A DNA stretch of 60,636 bases, counting the filler, from Sphacelaria rigidula (Eukaryota), in the NCBI GenBank assembly GCA_964200075.2. It is 9 parts of 9 records of this genome, joined end to end, with 100 filler letters (N's around TTAATTAATTAA, not from the genome) between each part and the next. Parts side by side here need not be neighbours in the genome. Positions count along the whole stretch, not along the records: positions 20,248 to 26,896 come from CAXNAA020018834.1; positions 26,997 to 33,644 come from CAXNAA020018835.1; positions 33,745 to 40,392 come from CAXNAA020018836.1; 6 more parts are not named here. One strand, given 5' to 3'. The position numbers were made by a program, and so were the translations under genes. The notes under the pieces were generated by a model that was not told the origin of the DNA, did no database searches, and was given only the letters and a program-made list of their open reading frames with translations. Each line of letters opens with the position of its first letter. The stretch's first letter is position 1. Shown in pieces: positions 25,750 through 39,329 of the stretch.

Positions 25750-26283
25750 CGGTTGTGTTCTGTAAGGTACGGGTACGCTGTAGAGTATGAGATTCCTTAC
25801 AGAGCTTACAGAACTGTCGGGTACCGGTATGAAAGTCTTACAGAAATCACAGAACTTGTCGGATACGGTATGGTAGGCTTACAGACAACCGGTACCGGCA
25901 ATCGGGTAACTCTTGTAGGGCATACCCGCCCCTCGGGTTAGGGTAAACATTTTGTACAGAACTCACAGAACTGTCGGGTAAGGGTATGGGAGGCTGACCG
26001 AACTCTAGGAAGCTGTCGGGTAGGGCATGGAGGTTGCACAGAAAACCGTACCCGCAATCAGGTGTCTTATCAAGAGCATTCCCGTGCCTCCCGGTAACGG
26101 TACGGGAGTCTTACGGAGAATGTGGAACTATCGGGTACGGGTATGGAGGTCTTACAGAGACTACGGAACTGTCGGGTACCGGTATGAAAGTCTTTCAGAG
26201 TTTACAGAACTGTCGGGTATGGTAAATACCTGGCAAAATACCCCGGGTATACAGAAAACCGTACCCTACCAAACACGACCTTG
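25750..26283. mobile_element. MITE with an internal tandem array (unit similar to ACAGAACTGTCGGGTACCGGTATGAAAGTCTTACAGAACTC)
   Basis: Ends GGTTGTGTTCTGTAAGGTACGG / CCGTACCCTACCAAACACGACCTTG, with several diverged internal units of about 40 bp. Confidence 0.7.
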
Positions 26284-27057
26284 GTATTATCATCACTGCC
26301 CCTGTGGTGGGACCTATGTCACTGCAACAGTGGCGAAATACAGGTGATGATTCACGAAAACTCTGAACGGCTTCTTCACGGGGTTAAAAGAGAAAGACTA
26401 CACGAACAATCGCAGTAGTACATGTGCACGGGATCGTCAACATCTATCGGCTTCACGTACACTGCCAGAGAGTAAATGGAGGAGCATTCACGGCTCCCCG
26501 TTCTCTGGAAGCCCTTCAGCATGCCGCAAAATCGCCGACGGCCTTGACTTTCGGTGGCAGCTCATTACTCTATGCTGTACATGTCGATAACGTCCTGGGG
26601 TTTGATGACTACGACACGACCACCATCAACGTCGTTGATGTGCGTCTTGCTGCTTGATCCTCTGGTGACGCAGATGAATCACCCCCGCTCGAGCCACCAC
26701 TCGGGTCTATGGGGTGATCCATCGTGACGGTCTGCAGGGCTGCTCATGTTTCGTGTTTCCACTCAGCGGTACCTCGTATCCCTTCAGATCCCAAACCATA
26801 TAAGTTTTCAACATTGAATTGTTGTTGGTATGCAGTTTTGAATGAAGGGGTTGGGTGGGTTAATCGTTGGGAGGTACATGTTCAGGTCATGAGGTTNNNN
26901 NNNNNNNNNNNNNNNNNNNNNNNNNNNNNNNNNNNNNNNNTTAATTAATTAANNNNNNNNNNNNNNNNNNNNNNNNNNNNNNNNNNNNNNNNNNNNGTGC
27001 TGGTTGTCATACTTGCCGCCTTCCCTCTTTTGTGGGTACGGCCAGCCAGATTCTTCG

Positions 27058-27091
<34 letters not shown>

Positions 27092-27102
27092 CAAACGAGC
27101 AG

Positions 27103-30100
27103 ATTCCCGAGCCGTACGCCCTGCTGGCGTTGATCTACCTGGACGGCGGAGACCTCCGAAATGCGCTCCTGTTCTACAAGCTGGCGTGCACACGCGACTC
27201 GAAAAACATACACTACCATCAACAAGCCGTGCGGATCGCGAGGGATCTCAACGACAACGAATCGCTGTTGCCGCTCTTACAAACATTGGCGCGTCTTCGG
27301 CCCACCGACCTCAGCGTGGCAATTGACAAAGCGAGCTGCCTGATTGCACTCGGCAAGCCAAAGCAGGTGGGTAGCATGGTCGGTAGGGAGTGGGCCTGGT
27401 ATGATGACGCACATCTCCCATCATGTGGAGGTAGACTTGCGCCGGGGGCTGGTGCGCTGGTTGATGCATTCATCGTGTTTATGTTGATACTGTGGATATA
27501 CTACCATCCTGACCCGGCGGTCTAAGTGGTGACGTCCAAAGTAATGAGAAGGTGGCGAGTTCGACTCCAGACATACTCCTTGAAAACATGGGGCTTCAGA
27601 CGTTGATAGCGTGAGGAGGGGCGTAGTGAGGGGGAAATTCGAGGGCAGTCGACACGATGGTGCAGAGGTACTGATCCAGTCCGCGATAAAAATAAAAAGA
27701 AAGGAAGGGTGCGACAAGCGGCACTATACATCGTGAGCACAAAACGAGCGCATGTCACGCCGCAGGGACCGCTCCCAGGATGCGATGTGCAGAGTACAGT
27801 GCGAATGATGCTGTTCGTTTGGGGAAGGGCATATTGCTGGTCTTTCGGCACTGGGCGGTTGTAAGCATGACCACTCCCCGGTGGGAGGGATGCGCCATTT
27901 TCGGCAGGGGAGCTCCCATGCTTACGATCGCCCAGTAGCAAGGATCCAGCAGGATCTCCCTTTTCAACGATCTGTACGATTTGTATCACACTCCGTATGT
28001 CGTATCCTGGTAGTATTTCTCTAGCATGCCGTTCGCTTCTTTTGTGGCCGTCATATTGCCGCTCGTCGCAATCACCCTCCGGCCAGGTAGAGGTACAGGG
28101 GTAGAGATGGGTGAAGCCCCTGAGACTACGGACTCGTCCCGAGACGGGGGGAGGGGGCAGTGACGGGTATTACAGTGTAAATATATATATATATATGGTA
28201 CTCAGGCAGCGGGTGTCAGCTGCGGTAAGTAGGTTTTACTCATACTTTGATGATCAAACGAGTCGTTACGTGACATGAACCCTCGTGTTGTCACAGCGAC
28301 GTGACAAGAAAAGGCGAGTGAGATAAGTTTAGATCTCGCTGCATTTTCCCAATGTAGCCAGCGAGAGCATATTGTAAAAATGAGACCATCTTTGTGTATG
28401 TTTTTTTTTCAATAATCAGCTGTAGGCTCTTGGCATATGCTGGCAAAGCATGAGATTCAGCACTGGAGCGCCGATGTATTTGGTGCCGGACACAGCCAAC
28501 AACTGCCCACATGCCATGCCGGTGAGCGCCTGCCAGGGAGTAGAATCACATAACAGGAGCAAAGCGAAGCCTTTCTCTGATATCAATCTCGGCTGTGGGA
28601 CGAGTGTCGTCTCCAACGCGTACAGAGCGGTGTGGTAGTTTCTCGCGTTGTTTTTCCCCCCATTCGTTCCCTCTTTGCCTCATTGACACGCCCCACCATT
28701 CCGCGTATGCTGTTCGCACCCACCATGACGAGACTTTATATTCCTCTGCGTGGACGCAAAACACACACACTCTGGTACCTTTTCAGATAGCATACCTCAC
28801 GACACACCTCTCCGCCGTTATTACACCCCACCTCTGTGTCAACAACCTCCGACCACCTTGCAGGCGCTGGAGTCGTACGCGAAGGCTGCCAAGCGCTTTC
28901 CCAGGAAGCTCGACATCTACCTGGAGCTCGCCGAGAGCGTCGAGTCCGTACATCTGTCCCCACCGCAGCACATGATGGTGTTCCAGGCTCTGGCGTTCTG
29001 CCTACGTCGGGCCATGGGCAAGCGATTTCTGAGAATGGACGTTCGAGATCTCTCCAATGCATTCGCGAAACGGCTGCGTGAGTACAAGCTCGACGGCCCG
29101 AAACCGAAACGTCTCCCCCCTCGGCCCCGCGGACTGCCCTCTCAGGCCGTGTATGATGCAGCCACAAAGGCCACTGATCTGTTGGTCACCAGGCTGATGG
29201 AAAGCCGCAAACGGCAAGAGCCGCAGTATGAAGTCGCCGTGCAGGTCGTCGAGGGATTCGTGTCCTGGCTAAATGTCTGCCGACAAAAGGCGGCTCGTAT
29301 CGCGGAGTGCGCTGACCCCGGCGGAGGCGGCGGACCCGAGTATGATGAAGAGGTGGAGGAGAGCGGGGAAGACGGGCTAGATAATGACAGTGACTTGCGC
29401 GAGAGCGATGCGGACAGTGCGGACGAGGAGGAAAGGAGCGAGTCGGATGACGGGGGCAGCGGCAGCGAGTCGGAGGATGGCAAGCACCAGAGCGGTTACG
29501 ATGACCACTACGGCGATGACGCTCTGGACGAGCCGATGTCTAGGTTTGTTGTGGAACGCAGCACTCTGCTGCGCTATGGCATCTGCCAGCTGTACTGCGG
29601 TCAGAAGGGAAAGGCGAGGCAGGCTTTCGGATTCCTCTCGAACGAAGATGCGGATGGCGAGTACGGCGACATGATGCTGGAAATAGCGAGGGTGAGGTTT
29701 GGGGGTTTGGTTGGTGCCACCACAATTCATCCGGTTGTCGTCTGGCTTGGCTTTTGGCGGGATGATGAAAAAATTTGAGCTCCGCGTACGCAAGGGACGG
29801 ATATAAATGGAATAAGGTTGTCGTTTGAATGTTCCCACGATTCTTTGGTTGCTGGGAGAAGAAGTACTTTGAGCTCCGCGAACGCAAGGGGCGGGTATAA
29901 CTGGAATAAGTTTGTCGTTTGAGTGTCCCACGATTCTTTGGTTGCTGGGTGAAGAGACCCTATGTCGGTTGACACGACCTTGTGAGTGTCCATCCTCACG
30001 AAAGAGCAACCGAATTCGTCGCCCTCGGTCTTGATCGATTGCCCGTGGTGAGGATCGGTCGATAGGTTTCGCCGCCATTTATGCTCATATGTTGCTGCCG

Positions 30101-32613
30101 TGCGGTACAACAAACAAAAAGTGCTGTATTGCATGTATTGTTTCACGTGGTCGAGTGTATCTACATTTTTCCGCCGCGCCCCCGTGGTCTAATAGTAGAC
30201 TCGAGACCATGACGTGAGGACAATACGTATTCAATTCCCGCTAGGTGCATTTGGTTGTGTCCTGGAATGTGTGTAATTTTGGCCGTTTAAGACATGAGGA
30301 CGTGGGTAGTGAGAAGAAAGTTAATTTGACAAGGGTCGATGCGGTGTGGTAGAGCTACTCTGATCCGCGACACCGAAATGGAAGGTGTGTGCCATGGGAG
30401 AGATGGGTTGATCTCGTAAGACCGCGGACCCGTCCCGAGGAAAGATTGGGTTGGAAGTGTTACCCCCTCCAGATTGAAAATCAGAACGAACCAATGTCCA
30501 GCAAAAGCGCCGAGGGAAGAAAATCTGATAGTCCGCGCCAACATCTCCGCAGTAAATGTTGATCGCGATGTGGGGTTCATGACGCCGTCAACCCATCTGA
30601 CTGCCCTGCTTCCTTTCACGGCAGGTGTATGGTGAAACAGACAATGTGGCAGAGTCGGTGATGTTCCTCAAGCAGGTGGCGCAGTCCAAGCATCCCCGCC
30701 GTGTCCTGGCGGGGGTGCAGCTTGGCGCAGCGTATGCTTCTCAAGGCAAGCACGAGCTAGCGATGGTCACGTACATGAGGGTTCTTGAGGAGCGCCCTGA
30801 GCACGCGAACGCTCTTGCCGGCTTAGCGGAGGCTGCCTACTGGCGCGGAAAGCCCGCGCTTGAGCAAGCTCTGTCGATGTTGACGCCTGTCGTGGAAAGT
30901 GTAACGAAGACCTGGGGCGGAGCACAACCGCAGCCGCCGGCAGAAGACGACGAGGAAGGAGAGGAGGCTTACGGGTTCCAGAGGCTGCAGCTGCTGTTGC
31001 AGTGGGCCACTCTCAGCCACATGAGGGGAGACGTGGCGAACTTTGCGTGCGTTGCGATCCCCCTCGTCAGCGCCGGGCTCGGCCAGATGAAACAACGCGA
31101 AGCGTTTGAGGTGGAGCAGACAGTCGCTGCTCACACGCCGCATCCGGCGGGTAGAACAGGAGGGGCGCGAGGCGGTGGGGGTGTGGGAGATGCTGGGAGC
31201 GGGCAACAAGATGATATTGCGCGAAATGGGCTTAGCGGAGGAGACGACGACGCCAGCGATGAGGATTGTAGTACCACTTCGCGGGATGTACAATGGAAGC
31301 CGCGCGTGGCGCAGTTGTTGCTGCCTCAGCGGAGGTGGCAGGCTGGTCTTCCAGGAAGGGTGACGACGCTGGTACAGAAGATTTCGGGACATATCGACGT
31401 CATCGCGCAGGTGGGGCGACGAGCCATTTTTTGGCATGTGGTGGAGTTGCTCCGTTCTCTGCGCGAGCTGGGCTTTCCCCAAGACGTGGAGGTCATCGCG
31501 AGCGCGGCCCGTGACCGACCGGAATTCCTCAGGACCGTAGAGAGAGAAGACCTGCAGGTTGTCGCGGGGGAAGACAACTTGTTGGTACTTCGCAGCATGC
31601 CGGATGGTTGCCCGATCAAGGGCCCTGCGTCCCGCCAAGGCGTCTTAACGGGTTCTGTCCGCGGCGCTGACTCGGCATCAGAAGGTCGCGGCGACGCGGT
31701 GCTCGCGGGCTCGTCTGAGCAGTACTTCCCCCCACCCTGGCGATGCGTAGAGGAAGGATACGACGTCGATGCGTCACGACGATCCGGTAACGGTTGGCGG
31801 CTGGGTACTCGCGGCAGTGCTGGGCCCCGACGCAGCCGCTCCCGCACGCTCATGGAGCTAGCTGAAAAGAAGAAAGAAGGAGATGCCATTTGCACCATCG
31901 TACTGGCGTTGTCCAGGACCCCCGGGAACGATGCGATGTGGAACCTTCTGCAGCGAGTGGCGCTGGAGCACGGGGTGGACCCCGGCGACGGTGGTTTCCA
32001 CGGCGAGCAGTTTGAGGCGCTTGTCGGGAGGCACCGGGAACAAGCGCAGGGGCTGATTTACCGGGGGCACGACGCGGCCATGTGGAGCCGCGCGAAAGTA
32101 GCCCTGAAACTGTACGGTCAGGCGCATGCTGTTCGCCCCGCGGAGCCCATGCCGCTCCTGTGTCTTGGCACGCACATCATGCGCATGTTGACGACCATGG
32201 AGACGATGGTGGATAATGACGAAATGTGCGTGCTGCAAGCGCTGGCTTGCCTTCACCGCTATGCCGATCTGCGCATGTCTCACCCCGCCGTCAAAGCAGG
32301 GTCCCCCTCTGGTGGTAGCTCCACGACCAGCACAGGCTCCTCAAACTCCGCGGTGCCGGAGGCAGTCCTCCAACAAGAGATCTGGTACAATCTGGGCCGA
32401 GGGTACCACCAGGTGGGCCTGGCGGAGCTTGCCATGGAGTACTACAATAGAGCCTTGAAGGTAAAGGACGAAAGGGGTGCGGAGCTGCAGAAGTGGCACG
32501 GGGGCGATGGGGTGACGAAGGAAACTGCCCACAACTTGTGCGCGTTATACAAGAGGTACGGGTCAACGGCGATGGCTCTCGGCATCATGCACAAATATTT
32601 AGCCGTTGGGTGA
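27103..32613 (+). CDS. GTF3C3: Transcription factor IIIC TPR subunit (GTF3C3/Tfc4/TFIIIC102), 5'-truncated; exons 27103-27366, 28864-29691, 30625-32613
   Basis: Phase-0 GT-AG introns and TPR repeats (PEPYALLALIY...; ALESYAKAAKRFP). The C-terminus QQEIWYNLGRGYHQVGLAELAMEYYNRAL...KETAHNLCALYKRYGSTAMALGIMHKYLAV matches the Tfc4 family tail. Confidence 0.85.
29774..29958. repeat. Two-copy tandem duplication of about 94 bp, intronic
   Basis: TTTGAGCTCCGCG...CCCACGATTCTTTGGTTGCTGGG occurs twice. Confidence 0.85.
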
Positions 32614-33191
32614 TGGGGGGTCATGAGGGTCATGAGGGATGGTTGACGTCAAGCCGGGTGAGAAGGACGAGTAGAGCGTGAATGAATGACGGATGATGTA
32701 AGTCGTTCTCGAGGTTTGCGTTGTCTGAGATACTGCTCCCAGGCTTCCAGCGCCGTTATTGTATCCGAGAGCAAATATCATATATATATATATATAAATA
32801 TTGGAGTATAGGAAGCGTGGTCAGTAGGAGCGGGGGGGGCGACAGGAAGGGATGAAAAAATTCCGGAGGTGGGCCGAAAGATGAGTACAACCAGGAGCTG
32901 GATTCACGTGTGCGCAAATTTTGTTATCTTCGTTGTTGTAACGAAAAAGAATGATGCGTGTGTGTATCGACAACAGTTGTAGCGGGTCATGCACGTTCTT
33001 GGACTGTAGAAATGCGGCGATGCGTCGTGTAGGCCTATAATTGGGGCATACGGTATGCAGAGATGTCACGGTTAATATTGAGAATGCCGCGGGTACCATA
33101 GAGGAGGAGGTATTCTTGTGGAGTTTTGCATACGTCGGACGAGCACGAGTGGCACTCGTGGCACTCGCACTCGTTGGGCTGCTCGTTGGCC

Positions 33192-33644
33192 GAAAAATTA
33201 ATAGGGCGAGCACTCGAGTCATTGCTTGTTGTGCAAAAAATGAATATGGCGAGCACTCGAGTCACTGCTCGTTGTGCAAAAAATTAATAGGGCGAGCACT
33301 CGAGTCATTGCTCGTTGTGCAAGAAGTGAGTAGGGCGAGCACTCGAGTCATTGCTCGTTGTGCAAGAAGTGAGTAGGGCGAGCACTCGAGTCATCGCTCG
33401 TTGTGCAAAGAATTGATGGTGCGAGCACTCGAGTCATCGCTCGTTGTGGAAACAAATGAATATGGCGAGCACTCGAGTCACTGCTCGTGCAAAAAAATAA
33501 TAGGATGAGCACTCGAGTCATTGCTCGTTGTGCAAGAAATGAACAGGGCGAGCACTCGAGTCATCGCTCGTTGTGGAAACAAATGAATAGGGCGAGTACT
33601 CGAGTCACTGCTCGTTGTGCAAAAAATGAATAGGGCGAGCACTC
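33192..33644. repeat. 43-bp minisatellite, 11 copies, running into the contig end
   Basis: Unit GCGAGCACTCGAGTCATTGCTCGTTGTGCAAGAAGTGAGTAGG starts at 33206, 33249, 33292, 33335, 33378, 33421, 33465, about 33505, 33548, 33592 and 33635. Confidence 0.95.
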
Positions 33645-36131
33645 NNNNNNNNNNNNNNNNNNNNNNNNNNNNNNNNNNNNNNNNNNNNTTAATTAATTAA
33701 NNNNNNNNNNNNNNNNNNNNNNNNNNNNNNNNNNNNNNNNNNNNGTTTTTAGCTCAAAAAACGCCAACAAATGCAATAAAAAAATAAAAAATCAAATCGG
33801 ACACCGTTAAGGGCTCGTACTAAGATGGGTTCCCAGACTTGTGAAACAAAGGAAGTATATCATTTTGGTCATGGCAATTCAACCATCGATTGATTACATG
33901 AAATACAAATAACTCGTTTTGTATTCTGCTCGAGGTCCGTGCCGCCTGTCTGACGCGTCATGCGTTGCCAGCATAGCTTACACTGCTGTCTGTAGTATTC
34001 TTGATGAACAAAAACTAAGTATAGGTATCATCAGCAGCATGCAGTAAATTGTGTCCTGTCGAGAGCAATGGTGCACCTGTACTGTCCCGTTGTATCCAGC
34101 GAAGACACACAGTACACATAATACTGACTGCATGCAATTTACTGCAGGGGCGAAACTGGTCAGGGGGTCTCCGGGACTATTTTCTGTATAGATCCCAAAT
34201 ATACATATGTTCATGGAAAAGTTGTCGTGTCTAGCGAGAAAAGAGCTGTTCTGAACTCCAAATGTGGCATAGTCCAACTCCGTCTACTTGCGAGGGGGGT
34301 CGCTGTCTAAGGGTTAACGAAGAGGGTTTTCCCCTTTCTTAAGGTCCCTTTTTGACAGGGGATCAGCCCCATAACGACCAGTTCTCAATCCTATCGTGAA
34401 GCACTAGTTTGTACAAAGCTAATCCCAGATCTGCACGGAGGTTCAGAAATGCGGCGGGTTTGAAAATGGTCTATAGGGTAAGGTCTCTGTAATGTTACAG
34501 ATGAGACGCAACAGGGCAACTCAACATCTACACACCCAGCCCTAAAAAAACACGCACAAACGCCCACCACTCTCGAGCATTAGTTTCGCCGCTAGCCCTT
34601 GCTATTTTACGCACGGCAGTCTTTGTTTGACGGGAATCCGTTCTGTATTCGACGAATAGCGGCCGCGTGCTTGTCAAAAACAACCGAAAACGTGCGGTTG
34701 CTGACCGTTTTGTAAGCGTGTGCTGTGTGCGCGTCTCACACAAATAATTATTTCTCAATGAATTCTGAACAGCTTTTAGCAAGATCACGCACAATGTGCA
34801 CGCTGATGAGCAGCTACGGCTCGAGCTGTGTATTTTTTACTTCCGGAACACCAAGTTCCTCAGGTTTAGCTCTGATCGTGTTAAGTTGTGTGCTACGCCT
34901 TAGCATGTGCCCCTGTCAACCGGACATGTATGTGCCCCTTCGAGGTGCACCGCTAACCAGAATGTGCACGTCCACGTCGAAATAATATGTACGCCGAGGC
35001 GTGACGATTGGGTCTGTTTTATGAAGCTCATCATGTACAACCAACCAACGTGATGTGTGGTAGCAGAACACCCTCGTTTGCCCAGCATGAAATCGGTGGA
35101 TCGTCAAAACGAGTGTTGATGCAAATCTCATTGAGGGTGGTCCACATTTTCGAGGGCAGGCTAGTGGAGGTGCCGCTGAGGTCTTGACTACTCCCACTGT
35201 CTACGGTACGGTGTGAAGTCTAACGTCAGGAGGTTAGCTATACGAAGTAGTGTACAGCTCGACGTCCACGTCTGGTGCTTTGAGCTCCTCTTGATTACAG
35301 AGTGCGCTGAAACAGATGCTGGAGTGATCTACGCTTTAGCGGAGCGACAGCTAACCAGCAAGGCAAGGCATTCCTGTCCAAGGCAATGGAGGCAGCCTCC
35401 GCCGACTACGACAAACCCATGACTTCGTCGGGATCCTCAGGAGGGAATATATCCATCATCTTGGGCGTCGGTTTCGATTTCTGCGAGCCATTGACATCAG
35501 CAACATAGCCCTCAGGTTTTCGATGGTACAGGTTGCACGCACGCTCTGGTTAGCTGTTGCTCCGCTGCAGCGCATATCACTCCAGTATCTGTTTCAGCGT
35601 AGACCCTGGCTACTGGGGACCCAACAAACGATGGTACAACTCGGGCTACCGCCTTATTCGGGGGCGGTTCTTGTGTGACTTACACACCACGTTTCAAGGG
35701 AAAAGATCCGATGTTTAGGATGGTAGCTTGCAATCATCCTGAAACATCAGGAGCTACCAATATAACAACTCTAGCCGAGATCGCGAAAATCCTGATTGAA
35801 GAGCCCCTACCATCAACTGGTAGCTCTCGAAGACACAATGGTGCAGTAAGTACAAGACTTACGATGCACCTCGTTTCTCTGTTCGAGTCTCCACAGCTGT
35901 CCTCTACCAAGGAAGTCGATAACCTCGGAGTGGTAGCCCCAGGACACTCGAAAATTATGTTGAGAAGATCGGGCGTCCAACAAGCGACTTTGATCACACT
36001 ACGGGAGAGCACTGCACAAGTTGCCCCCCAGCGCCCGCATGTAGACATCCAAGTGTGATGGTGGATGCATCAAATAAGAATGATGCCGATTCAACAGATG
36101 TGCGCACCTAGGAAATCAAAAGGTTAATTAA

Positions 36132-37030
36132 CCCTCTGACCACCACATGGCTATTGCAACCTTCGTCGGGTGAATGTGATGCCGAGTCGACAGCTGTCCA
36201 CTCCGACGATCAAAAGGCCGAGGGTTGCACACGTAGGACGCTCATGAGCTAGCTCATCTGCGGGCGGTAGCTCACTTGTAGTCAAACATGTACATGTGAG
36301 CTACAGTAGTGGGCGGTCTAACTAGTCATTTTGTGGCATTTTGTGATTTTTTCATAATTGCCGATTTTCTTGGGCTCATTTCGCTGGCCACCCCTTACCA
36401 CATTGGGGATCTCGAGATATAAGTATCCACTCCACATCCCAAGAGAAAAGAATCACATGTACACAGTATTTAGTGACTTACGGGCTGACCGGTCCCCGGG
36501 GGTCCTGCCACGTTTCAGTCCAGATTCTTACTCTCCTGTATTTTTGGTCGATCAAGCCCGTCCCGATGATGCTTGTGAAAAAATGTACAGTTTCACTTTT
36601 TTTTAATTCTGCCTACTCAGTGCGCTAGGACCGAAAAACTGTTTCACGGTCAATAACACCCTCCTGATGAACGGAGTATTTACTCGTTTCGCCGGATAAC
36701 ACCAACTAAGGCTGAGTTGAGCACTGTGTTTCGAAGATGATCTGTTTTGTTGTACCAGAATCTCCCGACGCTAGCAATTTCGAGTTCTATCGAAGAGGAT
36801 TACACGAGGGAAACCTCAAAACACCCCTAAATAGTCAGACCGCCCACTACTGTACGTCCGATAGCTCTACACAAAGTAAATGTGCGCTGATGGACTGCGG
36901 GTTGGTAGCTCACCTACGGTAAACATGCGTAGCTCGTGCAGCTCTCATAGCTCACTAGGGAGCTACGCTCAAAAAGAGCTAGCACGAGCTATAGGGAGCT
37001 CATCTGTCCGACGTGTGAAGGGTTGAGGGG
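36132..37030. mobile_element. piggyBac-like non-autonomous element
   Basis: TTAA|CCCTCTGACC...GGTTGAGGGG|TTAA with subterminal GAGCT/TAGCTC repeats. The same left end TTAACCCTCTGACC occurs at 44841. Confidence 0.5.
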
Positions 37031-38493
37031 TTAAGCGCGATATAAGTGTATCCCCGATGTCCTTGTGAAATTGCGATGGTATGAACAGGGCTTACGTGAA
37101 TTCATCGTCAAATTTGCATTGACACGTTTTGGATTGTTCGAAGCTGGGCTCTAGCTCTAGCCCTGAAATCAACCCGAGGCACACGATAACCGCTGAGTAC
37201 TCGTAAGGAGGGATTATGCGGTGTCCTACGCAAAACGGGCGTTGGAAAGCTCCAATCGTTGCTGTAGGCGCCGATTTCAGCGACAGCGCGTGCTGCTTAT
37301 GCTGGAGAGACCTGGAACGGTCAGCCTCCTGAAGATGATTATGTGGCAGTCCGGCGCTAATGACATGTTTTTCAACCGTGGAAATTTTACAGTATCACCG
37401 AGACTCAATCGAAATGTATCGTGAGGAAGAGGTGGGTCCACGCAGGTCCGTCTTATGATGGTACATGGTTGAAATACCCTGAAGGTGCTCAACTCCCAAG
37501 AGTAACCGTAGTCGGAGCGTGCTTCTTTTTTTTTTCCTCACACTTTGAATCCCCCCCCTCCCTCGGGATGGGCTCACCTCCCACAGATAGGGGTAACTCA
37601 AAGTGAATTAAAACATTTTCGCACGAAGCGCGATTATGGCCTAGCGGTTGAAAATCGCCACTGGGCATTATCGAGGACCCACCTGAAATCAGGGAAAAAA
37701 CTATCGAATGACACATGCCCTTTACCACTGTGCTGCAGCACAAACACACTCATGCCCTGTCTTGTGTGTCGTAGGTGTCGCTTCGCTGTGGTGTCTTCAG
37801 GCCTTTGTGGAGACGGTTTGATCTCCGCTGGGAGTGCCCGAGTTGCTTTATACTGTAATCCCGTTCGTCTCTATGAAAAACAAGGTTGTCGGCACGCAGT
37901 GCTCTCTACACACCGTTGAAACGTTCATGGTGTGTTGGCTGTCTCGTCTCGAGTCAAAGGAATAAAGCGCTCCCCAAACCCATCATTTCTATACTGCAGT
38001 TCTCGCTGCGCTGTTGGGCATCTAAACACTCTACGACGATCACGGTGCGATGTGCACTGGAGAGTGCGAACTGCTGCATGCCGTGTTTCGGGCTGCACAG
38101 AAGTGGGGTGGAATCAAGGTTCCTGTCGGAACAAAGAAAGGTTGAAACAATCGTCACATGACGACTGTACAGCTGTCTGTTGAGTCCTCTCTGGTACTTC
38201 AATTACAGTCGGGTGCTGTGATCGGGGGAGACACGCCAGGCGGGTGCGTGCAGGTTGGGACAAACAAACTGAGCCAGCACGGAGCTGCTGTATCCTCGTT
38301 TATTGCCGGTAGCAGCTGTCTGTGTCGCAGCGGCGCAATGTGTGGACCAATCAAAGCTGCTTTTTTACTTACATGCTTTTTGTATCTCTCATCTGGTTGA
38401 AGAAAGGTCGCCGCATTGTGGTGTATTTCAAAACTCTGATTGATCGAGAAACTTTGCAACTCATAAATCGTGCCCCCATCTGTGGGCCCAGTG

Positions 38494-38729
38494 CCTCGGG
38501 ATGAGACCGTGGTCTCAAGACATCAACCCATCTCTCCCCCGCTATGTGCATTTTGGACTCGCGGATCGGGTCAGCACTCCCGCCCCACGTCAACTCACGT
38601 CACACAAGCGTAGTCGACTACTTTGTTTACTCACGTTCTCACGCTTTCCACGNNNNNNNNNNGGAATCGCACCCCCGTTCTCTCCACCCTAATGGCGACA
38701 GTCGGACCATTACATCACCGGGGCGCGGC
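38494..38729 (-). mobile_element. tRNA-derived SINE, family A
   Basis: Reverse complement of the copies at 39841 and 57953; contains an internal 10-N gap. Confidence 0.8.
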
Positions 38730-39122
38730 ATTGGCAAAGCTAAAATCGATGTCTGAAAACGAGCGCTGCTGCGCACCCTGGAAGGGCTTGGAACGGTCAG
38801 CTCCATCAGGATTCAAATCTCACGGTCCACACTACACGTCAACTAAAACAACCGTTGATTTTTGAACGACAAACCTGCGAACCCTGTACATACGGGTGGA
38901 AAACGCCCTTGAACAGGTTTTTGGTGTTGGTCTTTGAACTGGGGATTTAGGCCTGCGTATTATTACAAAGGTCAAGTTCTTCGATGAGATGAGATGCGGA
39001 ATGGAGTAATCTGGCAACAACGGTAGACTCCTACGGGGATGGAAAACGACACGTGTGCACAACGCCTCGCCCATGACGTGAAGATATCACGGTGCGGACG
39101 AATCATTCCCGAAACAAATTAC

Positions 39123-39329
39123 CAAGGGCAGGTCGAGTAGAGTATACTCAGTTGCAGGGTATTTTGAAAGATGTACTTGAGGTACTCAAATTAGGGTAGG
39201 GTGTTGGGAGTCGTACCAAAAAAATAACTAGAAAGCGATCCCTAAAACCCTACCCCCGAGTTGTGTGCTGTAAGTACGACTTCCGAAATACCCCGCGCAA
39301 TTGAGTATACTCTACTCGACCTGCCCTTG
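39123..39329. mobile_element. hAT-type MITE with a perfect 28-bp TIR and 8-bp TSD CAAATTAC, nested in MITE 39088-39561
   Basis: CAAGGGCAGGTCGAGTAGAGTATACTCA / TGAGTATACTCTACTCGACCTGCCCTTG, with the TSD at 39115-39122 and 39330-39337. Confidence 0.9.

Noticed and set aside
25790..26230. CRISPR-like repeats
   Set aside because: These are contiguous diverged tandem units inside a TIR element with no unique spacers.
29142..32566. Long antisense or alternate-frame ORFs (e.g. 30823-31638, 31326-31898)
   Set aside because: These are shadows of the GC-rich GTF3C3 exons.
33192..33644. CRISPR array
   Set aside because: The linkers are only about 15 bp and similar to each other, there are no cas genes, and the context is eukaryotic. 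It is a minisatellite.
35620..37480. Possible coding fragments in contig 6
   Set aside because: No recognisable motif or consistent splice chain in any frame.
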